Shown here one piece after another: positions 56,044 through 64,000 of a DNA stretch of 64,000 bases (the stretch's first letter is position 1; each line of letters starts with the position of its first letter). Made by a program: the position numbers and the translations under genes. The stretch is from Eledone cirrhosa (taxonomy: Eukaryota), in NCBI GenBank assembly GCA_964016885.1, contig OZ024745.1, forward strand, positions 128,526,001-128,590,000, given 5' to 3'. The notes below the pieces were generated by a model. The model had not been told where the DNA came from, did not search any database, and worked only from the letters and a program-made list of their open reading frames with translations.

Positions 56044-57149
56044 ATATGTATATATAAATTTACGCCTATGTTACGGTATGACAGAAAACACTACATATTG
56101 AGCGTGTTTCATTTGCTCACAAGTCCAATAGTATTTTGTGGAGAACGCTAGTAGTCGAAACACAGCTACCTCCTTGGCCGGATTTGAACTCAGAACAACA
56201 GAGGCTCAATCTAAAGAAGTTAAGACTATGTTTACCATTATTACAAAGCACACTATCAATGCTTTGTAGTTATGATAGATGCGGCATTATCAATATCTTC
56301 TGTGCCACCACTAATATATGCTAACTAGGGCAACAGTTACCTCTGGCTAACCTAGTTCACTCAGTTTTAAACAGGTATCGTGTGACTGATAGGGAGATTG
56401 TTCGCTGCTGTAATGGAACACTGTATATGTGACGAATGTTTCCCAAGTTTGCCGCGCTGATATGGAGCGAGAGAAGGGGTAGAGTTTATCACTGTACGCA
56501 ACGCATATTTGATAAACGTTATTTAATTTAAATTTGTAAGATTAAATTCAAATACCTCTAGGGTCATGGAATGAATGAGAAGCGAGAAACTGCTGAACTT
56601 GCGCGCGTGTGCGTCTGTCTGTCCGTGTAAAAAGATATAGAGATCTCGAAGTTGGCCATGCCGATAAAGTACCAGGCCAATGATTTTGAAGTAAAGACCA
56701 GCTCACCTTGTCGCAAACAAATGCATTATGTGATGATGAGGCTGGCTGTTCTTAGCAGAAGAATCACCATACAGATTGGTGAGTGCTCCATTCGTTGAGA
56801 ATACTGGGTTCAACTTCTTCTTCCGCTGTTTTATGTGGAAGAGCTTGGAGAGGGATGGGTTCCGCCAAGCTAACTTATGCAACATGAAGACGAAATCAAC
56901 TTTTAAATGGTGACCACCCTATCTTGCAACGGGTTATCATGCATGGCGTGTATATAAATTTGAGAAATGGCATAGCAATAGTAACAGCTCTTTAATAAAT
57001 TAATCTAAAACTTGACGGCATAAGATTAAACTAGATTGGTGTCATGTTCCTTGTCGCTTAATTTAGAATCTAGCTGAGAATTTACACCAACTATAACTCA
57101 ATAGTGAACCGTATATGTCATACAAGTATTAAGCTACGTGTTACTTACT

Positions 57150-57417
57150 TCTCTTTAACTAGTTTGTCATTGGACTGGTGTTTAGTCGATCTATACATAT
57201 TTTATCGATCTCTATTTGTCGAAACGCTAAGTTACGAGGCATAAACGACGCCGGTTACGAAGCGGTGATGAAACAAACTCGCGACGGATTTCCACAGTTT
57301 CCGTGTAAGAAATCCCAGTCAAATTGAGGCTATAGTAGAATACACTTACCCCAAGTGCGACTGAATCCGAAATCATATGGTCGCCAAGCGATTTTTTTAA
57401 CTACACAGCCACGCCCG
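57150..57417 (-). mobile_element. Old CORE-type SINE
   Basis: Minus strand GGCGTGGCTGTGTAGTTAA head and GGGTAAGTGTATTCTACTATAGCCTC core-like block. Confidence 0.5.
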
Positions 57418-57849
57418 TAGCTATTACTATTCATTAGTCTTAAGGTGTTAAACATTTCAGGGTGAATCTACTCCATGATAGTTTCAGTCAATATTTGAAG
57501 GCGCCTTCCCTCCCATCTCTAATACACCAGAAAATTATGCTATTTCATGGTATAGATTCTTTATTTATCTATAAATTCTCTAAACGTTTAGTTATTTATT
57601 TATTTACTTTGTGTATGCGCCCGTACCCCTCCTGCTCCCCCCAGTCATCTTCTTCTTGGGTCCCAAGAGAATCAGAAGTAATGTGTTGTAAAGTGTGACC
57701 AGTACTCAATACCACGTAGCCAGACACTGCGTTCTTGCTTGGAGCTTATTAACCGTTTACAAATAAATGTGCAGCGTTTCATAGCTTCCTATACTATCCT
57801 TCTTCCCACCTGTATCAGCAAGCATAGTTATCATCATCACGACTATCAT

Positions 57850-58023
57850 TAGAGGGTCGGACGCCATGCTTTGACGCATAGAGTTACGGCCCTTGCCATT
57901 CTGAGTTCAAATCCCGTCGAGGTTAACTTTGCCTTTCATCCTAACGGGGGTCGATAAAATAAAGTACCAGTAATACACTGGGATAATTGCTGGCCTTGTG
58001 CCTATTGTAGAAACAATTATTAT
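57850..58023 (+). mobile_element. SINE family A
   Basis: Consensus match. Confidence 0.9.
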
Positions 58024-58519
58024 AAAAAAATGGTGTAATATTGCATTCAAAAACACAGTCCTGGGTATGACATTAAACTATCCAGTGGCAAGGCTCCAGT
58101 TCTGGAGTTCAGGACCTGTGGCAAATGTGGAGTTACTCCTTAGTTGTTATCACTCCCAAGTCTTCTCTGGCCCGGAATAGTAGTACCTGTGAGGGCCCCA
58201 TTTATGGCTTAAATAATTACCTTTCACGAGTGGCACCGGTAAGGTATTATCAGCCATTGAAAAGAAAAGAATGGCTACCTACCCATCGAGTTATAGATTC
58301 ACTTATTTCACACCAAATTATATTACAGGTGAGGTGGAAGATTTAGCGTTGCTTGTGTGTTTTATTATTATTATCATTGTGGTGGTATTAGCAACGTGAG
58401 ATGATTATAACCGAATATGGTCGTTAAGGTTGATTAGCGTGAAGTTCTTAATAGTTATAGAATATTGTCGTGTTCGACTTCCACGTGGAAGGAGACTTAA
58501 TGTACCTCACATTCCAGCC

Positions 58520-58735
58520 CACACTGTAAAGCGGTCGTGTAGGAGCCACGGCAAAAAGCACCCAGCACACACTTTAAATGTGGTCGGCGTTAGGAAAGGC
58601 ATCGATCTATAGAAACATAGCCGGAAAGTCCTATATAAGTAAGACACAGTCACCTGACCCAACTTACCTCAAATGGGACGACCCGTCTAACCCATGCTAG
58701 CGTGGAAAATGGACGTTAAATGATGATGATGATAT
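58520..58735 (+). mobile_element. SINE/LINE 3' end with (GAT)n tail (family D)
   Basis: GGCGTTAGGAAAGGCATC..ACCCATGCTAGCGTGGAAAATGGACGTTAAATGATGATG; related pieces at about 5270-5730 (-) and 28218-28243 (-). Confidence 0.55.
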
Positions 58736-58944
58736 GATAGGTATTTGTTTTGTTTTTAAACTACTAATTGAATTAGAACACAGGAGGACTGAAAGTAAAA
58801 TATATTAGAGCATTTGAACCAGAGCGCAACCATTTCTACCAAACCACCGCCCCTTTTCAGGGTGTTTTATTTTCATTGACACACATATGTAGTAGAGTGA
58901 AAGTGGTTACTATATAGTTGGTAGATATGAGTCTCCACTCCCAC

Positions 58945-59085
58945 ATCCTTACTCACTGCTATCGGGGTGGAGTTGGTTGCCCGCCCGCCCGCAGGTGCGA
59001 GCCCCACGAAGTAGAGTGGCTGTTTCAGCGCGTCTCCCTAGCCGTTCTCCAGACAATGCCTTCTCCATCATGTCGGTCGCGACCC
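58945..59085 (+). pseudogene. CRE-like retrotransposon C-terminal fragment
   Basis: ARRCEPHEVEWLFQRVSLAVL; homologous to 21170-21300. Confidence 0.7.
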
Positions 59086-59740
59086 AGAGGCGGAGGACAA
59101 GACAGTTGGTGATGGAGGTGGAGGAGGATACTCGTTTGGACGTCACTTTAACAACTAAAGTATATTTACATTTACACAACTGTCAACCTCACCTGAATAA
59201 TCAGTCATTTTTTTATGGTCCACGGAAAGATATCGAAAGGAATGTGACAGTAAGTACTACAAGTATTCAGTATGTTGACTCTACCATTTCTGCAGTTATA
59301 TCACTTTTAGTACAGACTAATTTCTTACACTGGTACACGGAAATAAATTTATAGAGCGGACTATTATTTTAACGACCACACCCTTAGAATTATATGGTGG
59401 TTGAATGTGAATGTAGAAGTAAGAGGAATGTGAAAGAACACTAATATTTAGTCTGACGCTGAACATGAACAAATTCTTAAATCCCGATCAATTCTCAATA
59501 CTAAAAGAAAACAAAAAGCTTACTGATTCACATAGCATTGTCACAAGGACCAGACATTGTGGAACATAATTAAGTACATGTATTAAAAAACTTATTTCGT
59601 TTTTGAACATTTTGTGATAATACTTATTTTATCGATCTCTAAAAGAATTAAAAGCGAAATTAAATAAATCACAGCAGGATTAGAAACCTAAATAAACACT
59701 ACAAGTCCGATACTGCCGATTCTGCTATCCACCATCTTCT

Positions 59741-60000
59741 GAGGTTAACTTTGCCTTTCATCCTTACGGGGTCGATAAAATAAAGTACCAGTAATACACT
59801 GGGTAACTTGCTGGCCTTGTGCCAAAAATAGAAACAATTATTAGTATTATAGAGTTATGGCCCTTTATGCTCTGCGTTCAAATCCCGCCGAGGTTAACTT
59901 TGCCTTTCATCCTTACGGGGTCTATCAAATAAAGCACCAGTAATACACTGGGGTTATTGCTGGCCTTGTGCCAAAAGTAGAAATATTATTATTATTATTA
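59741..60000 (+). mobile_element. Two 5'-truncated SINE family A copies
   Basis: 59741-59841 and 59849-60000. Confidence 0.85.
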
Positions 60001-60439
60001 TTTATTTGTTTATTTAACAAATTCCATTTAAAAGGCAAAAAATAATAACTATTCAAATCCACTCGCTCTCTTTCTCCTTGTGTGAACGGGACAGCGTTCC
60101 GACGTGACCATCCAACCTAGACGTTAATAAGATCCTTCGCAGAAGACAGGACAAAAATAACAAACCTAGTTGCTGTAGATGACACTATAAAATAAAAATA
60201 ACCTTTCGCCAACTACCTGATTGAAAGCCATCACTAATACTATACACTACAAGTGATTTGTTAGCTTGTAGTGTAGAAGTTCAACACTATTTTTAGACTA
60301 ATAGTAACTTGGGACGGCATGGATTCCACCAGGCTAATTTTGCCGTAGATATACACAACATAAATACGACATTGAAGTTCTATATACAATAATGCACTAA
60401 TGAATCAAATGAGTTTATAGAAATAATCGGATATACAAA

Positions 60440-60470
<31 letters not shown>

Positions 60471-61314
60471 TACACACACACACACACGGTTGCCTTTATT
60501 TCAGTCCTCCAATTTTATGGAAAGAAAACGTTAATCTTCCTTATTTATGCTTAGCAGAACAAAATGGAATCACGCATCGATGGATTTGTTTGGGTCTGTG
60601 AAAGAATTATCTCGGGGAATTTATAAAGGAGCGCAGAGACATTATTAGCTTTCATTCGAGCTCCCTTGTGTTTTTGTAGGGAGTCACTAGGGACAACTGG
60701 ATGAGGTTGGAGGTGTTGATAATTGGTTTCAAATGGATCGGGTTTTAGGGGGTTAGATTGCGCATGAATGATGGAATCAATTCGGTTCTAAGGAGTTCTA
60801 GAAAAATTTAGTTCTGGTGGAAATGGTTTCGGCTACACACGCACTTTTCTTATAAAATTTATTAGAGAAGTCAATCGCATGTGACACCGCCCACCAGAAG
60901 CTGATCACTAACCCACAATATTCACATATGTACACACAATTTATGCCGTTGCGCTATGAAACAATAATACTGTCAAAATTACGCATGTATATATATATAT
61001 TGGTGTGTGTGTGTGTGTATATTCATTAGTTGAAACTCCGAATAATGTTGCCAGTTCTGGAGACTATATAAATCATAATGTATTTCTTTCTCCTTTTCAT
61101 ATTACACACACACACACACTCTCTCATATATATATATATATATATAAGTACGCTAGCAGCCGAAGTGTACGATAATGTTATATATGTATACACACAGAGT
61201 GGGTAACGTAACCGAGACTGCACCAATGTGTATATAAATATACTCATATTTAACATGTAGGTATGTAAACATGCCAGAAAATACGAATTTCCCTGTACAT
61301 TGAAAAAATGATAA

Positions 61315-61363
61315 ACACCTTTAATCGATTTTCGGACCTAATTGGGCCTTCATCAGAAGGTGC
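61315..61363 (-). ncRNA. Type I hammerhead ribozyme
   Basis: GCACCTT-CTGATGA-aggcccaattaggtcc-GAAA-ATCGAT-TA-AAGGTGT; 7-bp stem I, palindromic stem III. Confidence 0.8.
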
Positions 61364-62129
61364 ACATATCATCCCAACAACCACAGGGAAACGTATTTGA
61401 CGAGCTTATATATCCATTCTCTCTTAGTAATATTCTGAAATGGACGTACTAATTTGCATATAATTAACCCTCGTGTTGGTAATTAAGATATATATTAAGA
61501 AGTGTTAATTCGTTTTGGAAATAATTGCTTCATTTTTTGTGGATTCGTTAATATCTTTTTGCTGTTCAATGTCTAGGTCAAAATACACTGTATATGCTGC
61601 ATTTAAGGAGCAAACAAGCAGCAAACATATGAAATGGAGAAAACTTGCTACGAACTATTTGGGGTTGTACTCACTATGGCAAGGTAATTTCTGATTAATA
61701 TATATGTGGACACCTGAGCTATGTGATGGCATGTATTTCTGCAGCCATCAATCTACAGTACATTATAAATTCAAAGGTTTTCTGGACAGTTGGAAGGATA
61801 ATACATCATTCTTTAATGTTAACTAACCCAACATTTATGAAAAACTTACCAAAAAAAAAAAAAAAAAAAAAATGCACCCAAACATTCTACTATGGAACAT
61901 GAAGGTAAAACGAGTGCGCACCTGTGTGTTTGTATGTATTCTCTTCATCATCCTTACACTTTTTAATGTCTGTTTAATGCTGATGATGAAGAGAAACCTT
62001 TTACATTACTCTACTAGAAAAAGAACCTGTCATTGTCGGACACACCTTTCGCCACCGTAAATAAAGACCCCACTCTCTCCTCAACATGGCTGTCTTTAAA
62101 TAGCCCTAGAATTCTGCTATTTTAGAGAA

Positions 62130-62269
62130 GAGCAAGATTTAAACTACATGTTGACATGCTCCGGGAGCTAAATAACCTACATATCAAATTTGAACAAAAT
62201 CGGATGGAAACTGGAAATCCATCGCCTGTAGACAGACAGACAGACATTTTCGTTTTTATATGTATAGAT
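62130..62269 (+). mobile_element. Helentron/HINE-like end
   Basis: TCAAATTTGAACAAAATCGG..(CAGA)n..TTTTATATGTATAGAT architecture. Confidence 0.45.
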
Positions 62270-62794
62270 TACTCATTCACGTGTTCCATCCGGCAGGCTA
62301 AGGCCATGCTAGGTACCGCCATTATAAGTACATATATATTTAGAGTGTGTGTATAGATGTAAATGTATGTATTATGTATATTTTATGTGTGTGAATGTCG
62401 TGAAATCTTCTGGTGATGGATGACTGAATTTGATAAATTCAATATGGCGAGACTGTTTACAAACATCCAAACTTCAAACATAGTCCATAATCTCGATCAA
62501 GCCATGATACCGATTCCTCTGACAGCAAAGCTGACTGAGATGGTGAGGATGGAGAGAGAAAGAAGACTTAGGTTGAACAAGGATGAGAACTTTTAATTTC
62601 ACCAGACTCTCAGGAAGACTTGAACTTTCAACACTGCAAGCTAAAGAAACACTTCCATATTTATACAAAATACTCCGTTTGCTTACAGCCCGGTGGATTA
62701 GACCACATTCATGAGGTTTGGCAATGACCACACCACGGCATTGTTTCTGATAGCAGCCTAGCATATCATTATTTCTTTCACTAATAATGGGTTC

Positions 62795-63214
62795 TGATAT
62801 AGGCATAAGGCCTGGGGAAAGAAAAGTCGATTAAATCGAACCCCAGTACATTACTAGTACTTTATTTTATCGACCCCGTAAGGATGAAAAGCAAAGCTAA
62901 CCGCGGCAGGATTTGAACTCAGAACGTAAAGATCTGTAATTATGCCGCAAAGCATATTGTCCAACGCTCTACCGACTCTGCCAATCCACCGCCCTATTTG
63001 TTCCCCCTAATAATGATAACAATAATAATAATTGTTTCTACTTTTAGCACAAAGCCAGCAATTACCCAGTACTGGTACTTTATTTTATCGACCCCGTAAG
63101 GATGAAAGGCAAAGTTAACCTCGACGGGATTTGAACTCAGATCATAAAGGGCCGTAACTCTTTGCTGCAAAACATGGCGTCCGAGCCTCTACCGATACTG
63201 CCAATTCACCGCCC
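62795..63214 (-). mobile_element. Two SINE family A copies
   Basis: 62795-62994 and 63020-63214. Confidence 0.9.
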
Positions 63215-63449
63215 TTAACAATAATAATAATGGCTTTGTTTTTTTACATTGGCCAAGCCTATACATAGAGGAGAAGTTTAAGTCAATTCAATTATTCCAG
63301 ATTATATAGCTCGTATATCAGTTTACCGAACATTGCATGGATGAAATGTAAAATTGAGATCAATAGAATTTGAACTTAGTATAGGAAAGTATGTTTAGCA
63401 TTCAGTTATTACTTCTACACACGTTATATATATATATATAAATAAAAGG

Positions 63450-63664
63450 ATCGATCGACTTTCACCAAAGCGGACCGAAGAAACAATGTTTCCGTTGGTC
63501 TTTCTAATTGCTAATACTATCTATCGGTCGCAACTCCAGGTAGAAGGAACAATGTGAAATAACGTGTCTTGCTCAAGGACATAACGCATCGCCTGGTCCA
63601 GGAATCGAACTGACAACCTCAAAATTGTGAATCCAATTCTCTAACCACTCAGCCACACGCCTTC
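63450..63664 (-). mobile_element. SINE family B1
   Basis: Full head, CORE-like block and tail; TA-rich flanks. Confidence 0.85.
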
Positions 63665-63915
63665 ACACACACTCACACATATATATATATATATGTATGT
63701 ATGTATATATATATATATATATACACATATATACATATATATATACACATATATATATATATACACATATATATATATACACACATATATATATATATAT
63801 ACACACATATATATATATATATACACACATATATATATATATACACACATATATATATATATACACACATATATATATATATACACACATATATATATAT
63901 ATATACACACATATA

Positions 63916-63947
<32 letters not shown>

Positions 63948-64000
63948 CACACATATATATATATATATATATACACATATATATATACATATATATATAT

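Noticed and set aside
62474-62806. 110-aa ORF (also 47435-47626 and 40282-40665)
   Set aside because: No recognisable motif; 62474 starts in a SINE tail and 40282 is antisense to a LINE remnant.

Overview
This is AT-rich, repeat-saturated eukaryotic DNA, intronic or intergenic. No host protein-coding gene is recognisable, and nearly all tracked ORFs are translations of (TA)n, (CA)n or (GGT)n. The SINE families resemble tRNA-derived SINEs of octopod cephalopods, so an Octopus-like genome is inferred but not proven. The window holds about 35 SINE copies from several head/core/tail combinations, decayed non-LTR retrotransposon fragments (RTE, R4/Dong-like, CRE-like), a Penelope-like GIY-YIG endonuclease remnant, hAT/mariner/piggyBac-type MITEs, a 38-bp minisatellite and a 3.8-kb GGT-rich array. 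The most notable signal is a dense set of short non-coding elements in or beside (TA)n microsatellites. They carry minimal type I hammerhead ribozymes: six with a canonical core, four with a U3:A8 covariant core, and several decayed or half copies. Many are built as fold-back inverted repeats that turn inside or next to the ribozyme. They are best explained as Penelope-like pLTR derivatives. All folds and coordinates were determined by eye, and ribozyme activity is untested.
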